From assembly GCA_043228905.1 (NCBI GenBank), contig JBHGNT010000012.1, positions 20,212,001-20,276,000 of the forward strand: a stretch of DNA of 64,000 nucleotides, given 5' to 3'. This DNA comes from Azolla caroliniana. Its lineage: Eukaryota > Plantae > Polypodiophyta. A program made the translations under genes and the position numbers. This document shows, piece by piece, positions 13,323-28,100 of the stretch. The notes under the pieces are model-generated. The model was given only the letters and a program-made list of their open reading frames with translations. It did no database searches and was not told the DNA's origin. Positions within the stretch are counted from its first letter, which is position 1; every line of letters begins with the position of its first letter.

Positions 13323-16169
13323 CATATGACATTAAACACATAGAACGCTTTCAAGCTCCCTCAATTCTTTTTCCTCTTAATGATGAAATATCATAAACAT
13401 GAAGTGACTACCTAGTTAGGCAAAATCTATGTTTCTGGTATCCTATCCAAACGTTGAGTTTATCCTTCAAGAGAAAACATCTCAACATAAGCAAGTGTAT
13501 GTGAAAACTTGGATATATATGTGCTCAATATTATGTTTAACCATTAAAGGATCTCCTTGTAAAAATCATTACAATTGGGTGAAGTTGATCAATAATCATA
13601 TGTTACGAGAATTAAATCTTCAAACAAATGAATGTGGGTTAAATATATTCAAGTTTATTATGGATTAGACACAAAGTTTAAATAAAATATACAAATTTGG
13701 GTTGGAAATGAAAGAAATAAAACTTCTTTATATGCCTAGTCAAAGCTAAAACTAGCCTATGACAATCAAAATGTGGCATCTAGGTATCCATGACAGAAAT
13801 AAAAGAAGTGATACAAAGTAAAGGATATATAAATATGCAGAGAGACTGGTAAAGATGTTGATGTTATTATCTTCTACATGTGACTTAACACAACCTATGA
13901 AAGTATGATCATGCAGACGCTAAAGTATTTAGGTAGACAAGGTCGATGGTTCCATTGTAAGCAAATAGACCATGTCTTGAAAGATTGACCAAATAAAAGA
14001 GGGATCTAGGCCTCACAAAAGTCTTTTTGACAGAAACTATGCATAAATTGCCATCCTTACATATAATTGGATGGAAACATGTGGTTGTTTCCTTATATTC
14101 CCAAATACTTCTTGATTGTTGGTATGTATATATTGACAAAGATGGTTTGTCAAAATTGCAAGTGTTGACTCGAGCCCATCACCATTTTAGAAATGTTTGT
14201 GATGCATTACATTTGCCCAATTCGATAATTGGATCGATAAAATGGAATGAATCCATTCCAAAACCATTAGCAAAAAGTAGGAACATGGGATCACAACTTC
14301 CTATGTCATCTTAAGTACAAATGTTAACATGGAATATTTAGGAGTTATGTAACCCCTTATAAAGATCATACAAAAGTTGTCTTCGAGAAGTAATTACTAA
14401 ATGCTTAGTTGGAGGATCTTTAGACTTCCCCTTGTTACAAGAACATCATTGGAATGCTTTCATAATATCCCAATATGGGTCCATTCTTTCAAGAAGCTTG
14501 GATATGTTTGGTCCAAAAGTCTTGGAGGTATATCTATGGCTATTGCCAAAGGTGGGCTTCATTAATTATCCAAAAGCAAATGGTTATCCCTAGTAGGGCT
14601 CATTTTATTACTATACAAGAACGAGAATATACATGGGGACTCCTAAATGTATATGCCCTTAATATTGGCTTAGCTCAGAAACAGTTTTGGTAAGATATCT
14701 TTGTAATCAACCATTATAGGATACTGAGTAGTACGGTCATATGCTACATCTAGAAGGCTCATTGTGTATCACATATCACATCGATGTAAATTTCTTTATG
14801 CTAATGAATGGATATCTTCGAGTTAAAAAACACCAAACCTATGAAAATATATCTTCTTTAAGTGGAGTGCATACTTAATTCTTACAACATGGATGCACAT
14901 GTTTCCAATTGAGGAATTAGTCCATTTAGTGATAATATTGGGTGGTTGTGAATGCTTTACATTGGATGGCCTTGTTGGATGGTTGTGATTGAGTATTACA
15001 AGTTAACAAGTATGGTGTTGGTTGCATCTACAAGACATGCTTTAACATCCAAAATGAATATGCTGAAGTCAATGGCTCAAGTAGGGGAAGAATTACGTGG
15101 GTAAAGATATTCATTAAAGTATAGAAATTCACCATTCATGCCCTAAATACCTCTGTTAATCAAGAGCAATAAGTGGAGTTTGACAGAAATAAACGTGTCC
15201 ATTACATATAAGGGCAACATCACAGTACATAACATACTTGAATGCATTTGCAAACATTCTTTTTCATATGAACACACACTAATGTTTTTTTAAAGTTTTT
15301 TACCTTAAAAAAAAGTTTTACCTTATAATAAATAATGAATACAAAAGTACAGTATTTACCACTTCCTTGACAATTTCCAGCATTTCATAAAACATGATTA
15401 CAGATGTAGATAGCTTGAAGCTATTTACACTAAAGAACCAAAAGAAGGATAAGGATCATAATGCATGCGTGGACTTCGGTTCATAAATGATGCTTTAGGA
15501 AATGTAGCTGTTTTACAAGCATCAAGTCCATAATTATATTTGTATGGTATGAACCAATGAAATGATTTCATCATTGGTATGAAGAAATAGCAGTTACGAT
15601 ATTTGATTAACGAGATTGAAATTAAAACTAAGATTTCCAATGACAATAACAGCAAACCGCTGGCTCCAATTCCCACAACATAATAATAGGAGACCGATTT
15701 TGATGGTTTGTGGCAGTTCTTATTTCACCAGCAACTCATTATTTGCAAAGAGTCATCAACGGCAGTGTAACACAGTATATGGCCTTGATTCCCATGGATA
15801 CGGTAAACTGCATCACCTCCTTGGAACCACTATATTCTGTAGAAATAAAAACTGTGCATTGCTTTTGACGCTTCCTGAAACCCGTTAGCTGATTCAAGCT
15901 TTTCTTTAACTGGTAAAACATTGCTCCCATTAGTTCACTTGGAACAACATGTAAACAATCTCTGGTTATCTTGGACTTTCCATTCTAAAAAGGTTGCACA
16001 TAATCTCTCTAACGAGTTTCAATATCATGACTTTTGAGCAGGAGCTGCTGTCACAAGAAACAAGGAGATTTTTCATGCAAATTTTGCTGTCCTTGCCCTC
16101 AACAAGTTGTAATTATTCTGCTGCATATATCAATCCAAAGTGTGAAAACCAGGGCATACACCCATTGTA

Positions 16170-19100
16170 TCAAATTAGACTCAACCGCAACAAAAAGTCC
16201 GGTACAAATCTTTGCATCAGTATACCACAATACGGGCAAGTTGCTTCTGAATCTGTGGTCTCGAATATATTGTGAGGTTTGTACAATAGCACCCCAAGAG
16301 AAGACTTGGAAGGCAGACTGAGAAAGGCTCTAGGAATTGGTTTCGAGGCCCAACGTCCACAGCAATTACAGAACCAGCACAAATTTGCTGGGCAAATCTT
16401 GAATGTCACAGAACATCTTGGAAGCTTGTGATGCTGATCACCCTGGCATTCTCCAGATTCTGATGAAAGAAATGGGATTTCAGACTTACAAACATAGCAC
16501 AGTTCACTAGTAGTTTGTCCACTATCATTCCTGTAATAAATATGAAAAACTAAGTGCACAAAAGTAAGATAAAAAAGGACATATATTGACCATTTGGATA
16601 CTCACAAGTATTGTGCAAGCATCTGGGTTATGTTCTGTACTTGGAATGATTTTCTTGCCCATTTCCACATGCATATGAACCCAGCAAAATCACCGTCAGA
16701 TCTGTCATTATCTTGACCTTTTTTGTCTTCTTTATATTTGAGCAATTGGGATGTTAATGTAAAATGGACTAAACGTTCTTTAAGCTCATGCTCCACTTCC
16801 AAAAAGCACTCTTTCCAACTTCTCTGATGACATTCTAATTGGCCAGCACATTTCAGAGGAACCAATTTTACTGCTCCATCATGCGTGCTCTCTGCTATAT
16901 ATAGACGCTTCAAGAGTACATACATAATGTGTAAGCATCGGCAACTGACTCTTGATAGGCTCTCCTTGAAGTAAGTCGAGCATACAAGAAATGTATTTTC
17001 TTCAGAATTGTTCTCTACTAATCCCAAACTTGAAAGCCACTTCGAAACAACTAAATTTAAAAATGGAGTCCCAACAATCGATGAAATTTGAATCATACTC
17101 GTGATTACATCCCAAAGAACCAATTTGTAAGCTGGATTCTCAAAATGATGGAGAGCAGCTAATATGTTTGCTTCCCAACAAGTTGTGTTGATCTTGCTAT
17201 TTGCTAAGTTCCCTGAAACCAGCGGGTTTAGAACTTGACCTCCAACCCAAAAAACCTGTGCCACTGCTTTCATGGCCCTATAATTACAGTACCGTATAAA
17301 TATAGTTAGCATTTCAGCTGGAACTTTTGATAATATGGATGACAAAAACAAGGATATTTAAGTTTTTATGAAAGTTGTAACAAATAGAGTATAGCAATAA
17401 CCAATATAAGAAACACCACAAATATACAAATATAGGATTTGATAACATGCCTCGATTGATACATCTGATCCAATAATTCACTTGAGACACCTCGTACCTA
17501 CCAACAATAAACATGGATTAGCATTCAAAGGAGACTTAATATCATTGAGTGCATGGAAATATACCGTCACTTACTGTAGTCAAACTGAGGTTTCCTTTCG
17601 ATATGTCCAATCCAAAATAACCATCCAATACAGAATTTGGAAGCTGCATCGAGTTTAGTGAGATGAAATAACAGGACAAAGAAAGAGATAGTTAAATTAT
17701 ACTTACCACATGTGAATCATCGAGAGGTTCTGGATCACTAGTAACATCCTCCGGGAAAGATACAGAAATAAGTTCGTTTCCAGTAAATCTCCACACCTCT
17801 AGGCTGTTATCCTTTATCCCAAAAAGGTAATAAGAAGGAATTAATTTTCAAGAAATCAAGTCAACACTCAAAGATGTAAAAATTGTTTCCCCAACACTTT
17901 ACCTGGCTGCAACTATATAAGCAACCACCTTGAAATGCCCACACCAATCCTGTTACCTTTTAAATGAATGCATAAAAGAACCAAATTATAATAATGTATT
18001 CCCACAATTGATTGATAATTTATTTTAATTGAATATCAATATTTGTTCATTTATAATACATTTATTCTGCATCTGCTGAGTCCTCAATTATAGACACCTG
18101 GCAAGCATACTTACTAGTTGTGAATGTGCATTAGGTTGACAGGCTTCACTAAACAAACCCTGCTTCCTTTTAATTTCAAACACAAAAACACCACCAGATG
18201 CTTTACCAACAGCTATCTGCAAATTGTTGGATGCCAAGTCTGGCACTATCAAAGCAACAGCTGTCACAGGTATCAAGTCCTCAAAAACCACCTGCCAAAA
18301 TACAGAAGCAAACATAATGCATAAACAATCATTGCATTTATCAGTCTAATGTAGTGAATTGGGAGTTCATTTTACTATCAATGAAAATATTGATGATTAA
18401 CCTTTCTTATGAGTGTAAGGGGTACTTTATTTGGCTTTCCATCATGAAAATCATGACAATCTCCAACCCACAGCTTTACACTACACTTCAAAAACGACAA
18501 AATTAGTAATCTAAATAGGAAGCTCAGTCAATCAAAGAAAATTCGAAATAAAGGCAATTTGCATTAAATTCAGTTTTCTTTTTAGTTTATTGAACAATAT
18601 GAAAATTGTTGGGAAGACTGCATATAATGTTGTTCTGACATCCTAGGAAAATGTACAATCAAACCAATGCACACTTGCCATAAAAGAACAATACGTAGTA
18701 TAGCAACCAACTTCTAAAAACATCCTTGCAAGATGTTGTTCTGCCAAAAAGTGAGTTTACATACATGGACATTTGCAAGATAAGACTGCAGTAAAAATTC
18801 ATGCAACTCTGAAATAAGAGTTCGTTTTGCAAAACTAAAACACCTACCCCTTTTTATTATCTATCTTAAGCATGGAAATATTAAATTTAAACAAGTCATT
18901 CTAAGCCTGAAATGATACCTGCCATCACAACTTCCTGTTACCAAGAGGACCTCTTCATCACCAGATAGGGTACTATGGTCATTGTTTTCAGATTTGTAGC
19001 ATTTGGCCCATGAGAGAACAGAAACCCATGATTCATGAGCCTCAAATACACCAATCATGCTGACTTCAGGAGCAAAAGTAACTTTCTCAAGACTGTAATC

Positions 19101-22100
19101 TCTTGGCATAGTAATCCTTAGCAATGAAACTTCACCTGACTTGGACCCCAACGCTATCAACATTGCATTCTCAGCTATACATCCTGAAGTATCACCTCTG
19201 TGGTTTTTTAAGCCTAACGTAGGTGAGCATGCAACTACGACAAAGCTCAACATATTGCTATATTTTTTATATAGAGAAGGGGAGATATTAGAAACCACAG
19301 CCTCATTTGTATCGATGTTGCATACTTTCACACTACAGTCTTGAAATCTATTCTGTTGTAAGGAAGAAAGTTTGCTTTCTGTCGAGCACAAAATCTGACT
19401 GTCAGGGTGTGCTGAAGTCATTGTAGATTGTAAATGTGTATTCTCTGTACTGAGTAAGGCATTTTTCTGAATGGATGCCTGCATAAATAAAAACAATAGA
19501 TAACATGAAGAAAATACAGCAGAACCTTTTGCTTTATATTAGTATATGTTTTCAATCATACCAAAGCTAGGGCATTTGAAACTCCAGAGGGATTGCTTGA
19601 TTCACGGTCAGAGTTGAAAGCCTTTCTAACCTCAACATTACAATTCAGCTCAACCCTTGGAATGTCAGAATCTGCCTTTAGTTTTGGACCTGCACTTCAT
19701 TAAATCATTTGTAAATTATATTAGACACAAATTCCAAAATCTATAAATATCAATATCATGAGATTTCCATGATAAAAACATCAACAAAGCATAACACCTA
19801 TATAATAAGTAGCGTCATGTAACCACACAAATTAGGCAATGTGTTTACTCTGGTTAGAGCTCATTTGCAACTGTTTTGAATCTTCAAACTAAAAATTTAC
19901 GCAAACAAAAAAGCATATAATATTTTTTTTGTAAATTAATGTTAACTGATAGTTGTTTTCCATGCTGAGACCTGGCGTATTCATATTATTCAAACTTTCA
20001 AACGTAGCCAAACCAAATTAATATGTACTATGTTTTCATCTGTAGTTTAAGGTATAATGTTTTTAATATATGCAGCAATAAATGAAAAGGATTTCATTAG
20101 AAAAAACAAGAGGATTGAGAATTTAGGATCACTTACTCGCAAGAGAACTGAGATCACTATCTACTGAATTAGATCCACCAGCGAGCCTATAAAGTATACA
20201 GTATATCATATCATACAAAAAAATGCAATTAGCTTAAGCATGTCAAAATACATTCTGGCAGATAATGTGACTTAAAAAGGAAAGATTCAACCTCAAAAAC
20301 AATACCAAAGAGCTGAATTAATAATAGCATTGGTGTTAGAAAGAGGTATACTAAGGGGTTCCAAGCTAACTTCGCACTTTGCTTTATTTTGATTCAGCTC
20401 CAGCTCATGTTATGATCATAACTGACTCCATTTGCTTCCATTTGGATTTAAATTATTTGGAAATTTCCATTGTTGACTCAGAGACAGATGAGAGAAACCT
20501 TAAGGACCAATCCTTGAGGACCAATGGGGTTGCTCTAGCATTACTACTCTCTCAAGTTGTGTTGTTTAAAATTGATTTTTGATACTCTTGTTAGCAATAT
20601 ACTAATTATTTCCCTATGCAAGGGCTACAAGCCCTTGGTGTCCCTATAGATATGCAAAGGGGAATCTATGCACAGTATGAATACGTGTCAGGAAAAGTGA
20701 GGTCTCCCAATGGTTCGTCAGATGCTGTGGCTAACACAATTGGAGTAAAACAAGGATGCCCCACAATCACCCACTCCCTTTGGTCTATATATAGATGAGG
20801 TATCACATTACACGCCTAGCAGGTATAGATGTGGATTTCTAAAAAGCCTTTAACATTGGATCATGCCCTCAACTCATGCAGCGGCTAGAAGTCTATGGTA
20901 TCCCCGTAAATATGCAAGGGGAATCTATGCACTATGAATCTGTTTCAGGAAAAGTTTGATCTCCCAATGGGATGTCTGAGGCTATGTCTAGCACAATTAG
21001 ATTTGCCACCCACTGTCTTTGGTCTCTATATAGATGAGGTATTGCATTACATAGAGGGATTTGGCAGTTCAGGAACATCCCTACAGGTATATCCATTCAA
21101 ATATTACTATATGCTGATGATATTGTGATGATATCCAACTCTCCAACGGCACTACAAAGTAATCTAAAGGCCTTAAAATCATTTTGTGTGAACTAAGGTT
21201 TCTTGTTTAACTTTAATAAAACTAAAGCGATGGTGTTTAACAGCATTTGAGCATGCATAACGAAGCAAGATCCAAAATTCTTCTTGGGAGAGGAAAAGGT
21301 AGCATACACACAATCCTACACATAACTAGGAGCAATATTCATAGGGCCTCAGTTTCCCATATGGGAGGCGGCCTGTGATCGACTTTCTCATGGATGGCAA
21401 ACCTTGGTGCTCTTGAAAGAGAATGTGCACATATAGAATTTGCCAGGCCCCAAACTAAAAAGTGGGTATTTGATATACTTTGTCACATTGACTCTTGCCT
21501 ACAAAGTAGAAGCTGAGAGACCGTATATTAACAGCGCAAAGCACTGCAAAAATTCAGAGTGACCTTTAGTCCCAAGTCTAAGCCAGATGACTCTAGGATT
21601 TAACTTGAGTTCACGGCTGTCTCACCTTCAAGCCCCCATCTCCTCCTACTCAACCTCTAACTTCGCCAACAATTCAAACCTCTCCCTCAACTCCACTCGT
21701 TTCCCCTCCCTCTACACACCAACTTCCACCACTTCCCAAGTAGCTTCAAGCCACCATTCATGATTCTCATCTTTCCAATGCTGAACTTCATGAGTATACA
21801 TCTGGTTCTCCGACCAACATGAAAAGAACACGTAAGTCACAACGGCCTCTTCACTCATGCAACTTTGCCTTACTGTACACTGTTATGCAATCACAAGAAC
21901 CCACAACAACAAAAGAGGCCTTTGTTCTTCCAAAGTGGAAAGCAGCAATGGAATTTGAACTTGATTCCATTGAATGGAATCATACATGGGAGCTAGTCCC
22001 ACGGCCTCAACATCGACAAGTCATTGGACTGAAATGGATTTTCATGGTACACCTCTATTTGAAGTGCGCTTGCACTTGCTACTCGCAACAAATGGCCCAT

Positions 22101-25100
22101 CTTTCAAATGGATGTCAAGTCAGCCTTCCTTAATGGTGACTTGAAAGAGGAGGTTTATGTTGGAGTCAGCCTTCCTTCCAAGGCAAGCCATTGATTGATC
22201 AGCTCCTTGGTCGACTCAATGTTGGACTGTCATTCTAGAGCTGGAGGAGGTGTCTTTCATCTTTATTATCTCTGTTCTACATTCTCTCTCTTCCTAGATT
22301 CTTCTCTCTCTAGAATCTGCAACACTTTAAATGTCTTTTCTCTCTTCCACCTTTTCCAAGATATTCCCTCTTATTCCTAGTTTATTGTACCTGTTTGGTA
22401 GTACAAGAGTCACTTGACTACCAAACAACCATTTCACCCACTTTCCCCAATTTTGTATAAATAGGCTATATCAACCCCTTTCGTAAAGACTTTTATTTTT
22501 GCTGCTACTTACAAACAAGTTCTACTCTTTGGTTGTGTCTCTACTCTTTGCAACCATTTTTTCTACTGCTGTCTAACAACCTTCTCACAGCTTGGTTGTG
22601 TCTATTTTGTTCCAACAATTGTTCTGTTGTTGCTATTAACAGCTTTTCTCACAGAGAATGGTCATGCTAGTGGAATCCCTAGAGAAGAAAGGATATACAG
22701 ATTATGTCACATAGAGGTGGAGAATGAGTATCACTAGGTTGAGATAAGGGCAAAATACCAAGACATACTATACTAGGACCCTCTCCCACCCTCTTCAAAC
22801 TATTAGATGCCCCAGATTTAAAACTACTAGGTAGATATATCTTAGAGCTCAAACAATATAGAGAGAATACGTTACAAAATGCTAACCATAACCTTTTTAA
22901 TATTCACCAACATAACCAATGAATTTTTTCAAGTACTGGAGGGGACGATGAGCATACACACACCTGCACCACTCGGCCTCTCCTTCGTTGAAGCAAAAAA
23001 CCAAAGAAGAACGAAATGCCCTTGGATGGTAAGCCTCAAAGTCACTTGTGTAGAACTAATTAAGAAGATAAGGGAACGTGAGTTACACCGCCTAGACACT
23101 ATGTTCAAGGTACCTTTTACATTGGGACCACAAGCCACACCCACATTGAAACCCTTTGACCGCCCACTCCTTTTCGAGAGACTTGGATGGAAATGAAAAT
23201 AGGCCTAGCACATAGCCATTTCGTTTATAGAATATGTTACACCATAACACCTTTTATACAATACTTGAACTCTTTTATAAAATAGGCTAGATAAGGATTC
23301 TCGTGCCCATGCTTTCCTCATGTTTAATATTAAACCGGGCATCGCTCGTCAATTTCAAGATACAAATGAAGAGACAGCCAATGAACTATGGACATCCATC
23401 AAAAAGAGGTACCATCGATCTAATCATGCTCAAATGATAGCTATTGAGAACCAACTAGCTAATCTCAAGATTCATGACACTCCCAACATCATGGATCAAA
23501 TAACGCAATTTGTTACTCTCCTAAAGGAACTAGTTTCTTTGGGAAGCAAGTCAACTGAAGTTGAGTTTGTGCATCGTCTGATGATAAAGTTGCCTGAGTC
23601 ATTCTCAGCATTTTGTGACACAATTTCTCTTCTTCCCAACACACCCGATATGAATACATTTCTTGGTATGTTACAAGATAGGGTAACAAGGAAGAAAAGC
23701 TCTCAAACTTCCAATGAGACACTTCTACATGCGAAAAGTAAAGGCAAGTGGAAGCAAAACGGTAACCCCTACAACAAACCCAATCCAAGACCACCAAACA
23801 ACCCAACCTACGAGGAGCTGACCTGTCATTATTGTGGCTACAAAGGTGACATTCAGCCTGACTGTCGGAAAAAGAAAAGAGACAATGCCAAGAAATCTTC
23901 TTCTACCGACAGTCAACCTACAACAAAATCAAACTCGGTCCACTCAGCCAAAGAAACAGTTTTCCTTGGCATCGAGGAACATACTTCACATTTGGCTGGA
24001 CCAACTACTTCAACCATCGATGAGTGGTTAGTAGATAGTGGTGCCACTTCACACATGACCTATGACAAATCCATTTTGCATGATGTGAAGCCTAGCTCTT
24101 CCCAAATCTCTATACGAGATGCCTCAAGCATTGAGGCTTCATGTGTGGGTAATGTGTTTCTTGACAATTCTTCAAGTGAAGAACCTGTCGTTCTTCAAGA
24201 TGTGCTACATGTGCCTCGCATCTCTACCAACCTACTTTTGGTTTACAAAATCACCAAGCAAGGTTATGGAGTCTACTTTGATAGCTCAGTTTTGGAAGTG
24301 ATTGACACCAACAGCCTACAAATTGTAGCTAGTGGCACACAAGAAGGGGGTTTATATCGCCTAAAAAGCTCCCATAGCCCCTTGGAAAACTCCAAATCTC
24401 ATCTTCTTCAAGGCTCTCATGCCTTGGTGGCACAAGAAGATCCCACGTTGTGGCATGCTAGGTTTGGTCATCTCAACTATGACTCTCTTCAAAAGCTCTC
24501 CTCTTCCAACCTAGTTGAGGGTCTTCCTATTTTCGAATCTCCCAATACCCCATGTGTTGCTTGTCTTCATGGCAAGCAACATCGATAGCCTTTCCCTCAT
24601 GAAGCCACTCACCGGGCAACATCTATCTTGGAGTTAGTGCACATGGATCTTTGTGGTCCCATGAAAACCACTACTCTTGGTGGTGCACACTACTTCATGC
24701 TTATAATTGATGACTTCTCTCGCAAGGTATGGGTTTATTTTCTTGTAGAAAAATCCCAAGCCTTCACAAAATTTCAAGAATGGTAGCTCTCGTGGAGAAC
24801 GAGACATCGAAGAAAGTTCGAAAGATCAGGTCGAACAATGGTGGAGAGTTTATCTCCCAAGCTTTCCACCATTTCTACTCTCAACGAGGCATTGCTCGCC
24901 AATTTTCTACACCCAATACTCCTCAACAAAATGGAGTCGTGGAAAGGAAGAACCGGACAGTCCAAGAGATGGCTTGTACAATGCTATCTCAATCTGATCT
25001 CCCTCACTCATTTTGGGGTGAAGCTGTCAACACAACAGTCTACATCATCAACTGCTGCCCAACAAAAGCAGTTGCTGGAATGACGCCTACAAAAGCATTT

Positions 25101-28100
25101 ACAGGTGTAAAGCCCTCAGTATCTCATTTTAAAGGCTTTGTTTGTGATGCTTATGTTCACATTTCAGATCATAAAAGGACGAAATTTGAGTCCAAAACCA
25201 AGAAATGCAAATTTCTTGGTTACAGCACACAATCTAAAGCGTACAAGTTATGGGATTTAGAGTCAAAGTCCCTAGTCATCTCTAAGGATGTTCATTTTGT
25301 GGAGTATCAGTCGGATGATTCTAGGATTTCACCTGAGTTCATGGTTGAAATCCCAGCTCCTCCTACTCAATCTCCTATTTTAGACGAAGATGCCTCATCT
25401 TCAAGCCCCCCATCTCCTCCTACTCAATCTCTAACTTCGCCAACAATTCAATCCTCTCCCTCAACTCCACTTGTTTCCCCTCCCTCTACAAACCAGCTTC
25501 CACCACTTCCCAAGTGGCTTCAAGCCACCATTCGATATTCTCATCTCTCCGATGTTGTACTTCATGAGTATATATCTGGTTCTCGAACACGTAAGTCACA
25601 ACGGACTCCTCACTCATGCAACTTTGCCTTATTGTGCACTGTTGTGCAATCAAAAGAACCCACAACAACAAAAGAGGCCCTCGTTCTTCCAAAGTGGAAA
25701 GCAACAATGGAATTTGAACTTGATTCCATTGAGCGGAATCATACATGGGAGCTGGTCCCACGGCCTCTACATCGACAAGTAATTGGATTGAAATGGATTT
25801 TCAAGACCAAATACCATGTTGATAGTACTTTGGATAAGCACAAGGCACGTTTAGTGGTAAAAGACTACTCACAAGTCGAAGGAGTGGATTACGAGGAAAC
25901 TTTTGCTCCAACAGCAAGGTACACCTCTATCCGATGTGTGCTTGCACTTGCTGCTCACAACAAATGGGCCATTTTTCAAATGGATGTCAAGTCAACTTGA
26001 GGAGGTTTATGTTGAACAGCCTCCAGGTTTCGAGATTTTAGAGCAGAAAAACACGGTCTAAAGATTACACAAAGCCTTGTATGGCTTAAAGCAAGCTCCC
26101 AAAGCTTGGCATGACAAAATTGATAGCTTCTTTCTCTCTCTTGGCTTTCAAAACTGTAATGCTGACAGCAATCTCTATGTTTTTTCCCAAGATAATTTGC
26201 TATGCTTGATCATATTATATGTTAGCGACCTTCTAATTACAGGGTCCCTTGCATCTAAAAATCGAGGAGGTTCGCACTGACCTGAAAACAACCTTTGAAA
26301 TGACTGATCTAGGACTTCTCCATTATTTCATAGGTATGGAGGTCTACCAATCACATGGTGGTATCTTTCTCAGCCAACATAGGTATCTCAGGCAGCTCCT
26401 TGAGACCTATAGAATGTCAAATTGCAAGCCACTCTCCTGTCCAATGGATCCAAACTCAAAGTTATCTCGTGAAGACAATTCTCCCATATTTGAGGATATC
26501 ACGAAATATAGAAGTTTAATTGGGTCCCTTCTTCACTTAACTTATACCAAGCCTCATTTGTCCTATAGCGTGAGTATTCTCAGCCAATTCTCAAGTGCTC
26601 CAAGACAAAGCCATTGGCAATCAGCTATTCGAGTTCTTCGGTATTTGGCCAACACACTCGACTATGGTTTGATTCTAGAAGGTCCACATCTGGCTATTGT
26701 TTTATGTTAGGTTCAGGCTTGATTTCTTGGAAATCGAAGAAGCAAAATTCAGTTTCTACTTCATCGATGGAAACAAAATATCGCGCCTACTTGGATACTT
26801 GCTGTGAGTTGCTATGGTTGATGCAATTGTTTTCTCACATTGGTGTTTTGCAAGACTCTCCTATTGCAGTTTTCACCGGCAGCCAAAGTGCACGTGCCTT
26901 GGCACATAGCTTAGCATTTCATGGTAGAACAAAACACATCGAAGTGCACTACCATTTTGTTCGTGACTTAATGAAATCACAAGTCATCAACTTGGCATAT
27001 TGCCCTACTCAAGAAAATGTGGCTGAATTATTTACTAAACCACTTCCAAGGCAAGCCATTGATTAGCTCCCTGATCGACTCAATGTTGGACCGCCGTTCT
27101 GGAGCTGAGAGGAGGTGTTGGAGGGTGGCAGCTCCAGCCCTGCACTCTCTTTCATCTTTATTATCTTTGTACTATATTCTCTCCCTTCCCAGATTCTTCC
27201 CTCTCTAGAATCTGCAACTCTTTTAATGCCTTCTCTCTCTAGAATTTGTAATGCTTTAAATGCCTTTTTTCTCTTCTACTTTTTCCAAGATATTCCCTTT
27301 TATTCCTAGTTTTTTGTACCTGTTTGGTAGTACAAGAGCCACTTTCCTACCAAACAACCATTTCACCCACTTTCCCCAATTTTGCTTCAGATGTTCCATT
27401 TGCTTCAGCATGGACGGTGTGAAGAGATGAGTCTAGAGCTAACGCCCTTATTATATGCTTCATGGATATCGACAAGAAAAAAGCTTTCCTATCTAAAAGA
27501 ATGGCATTCAAGGGTGAGAAAATATACTTAGATGACAATCTCACTCCAGCCCAAGAGGCACACTGCAACGAAAACATGTCACGAGTGGTTGACGCAAGAA
27601 AGGAAGGCAAATGGGTCGTATATAGAGTTGGTAAGGTCATTATTTCAAAGAAGAAACTTGCATGGCAATATATGGCCTATGAGACTATATGGAATTGCAA
27701 CGGATCTCTACAGACAGATGTCGGATATTTTGAAGATACCTTCAAAAACACAGATATTGCTATGTATACTGAGACCCACCAATGCATGGCTAGCCAACTC
27801 CCTCATGTACAAGGATATAGATGGGAGTCAATATGTTGTCCCCAACATCAGACACTGGGAAGCACTGGAGGTTCAGGAGGAGTGGTTGTGTTATACAAAA
27901 AGGAGATCCATGATAGAGTGCATGTTTACATAAGGAGGTAGATCTACGATACATGCAAATACGAATCAAAAGATGGGATCTTAGGGAGCTATATATTGCA
28001 ATTTGCTACTTTCCTCCTGCCTAGTATAGGTTTGCACCTCTCGGTGAATCACCATATCTACCATTATATGATGATATCATGAGATTTGTTACTATGGGGG

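Noticed and set aside
13750-15150. Possible decayed L1-type LINE remnant on the minus strand
   Set aside because: The resemblance is only vague, with no unambiguous RT motif.
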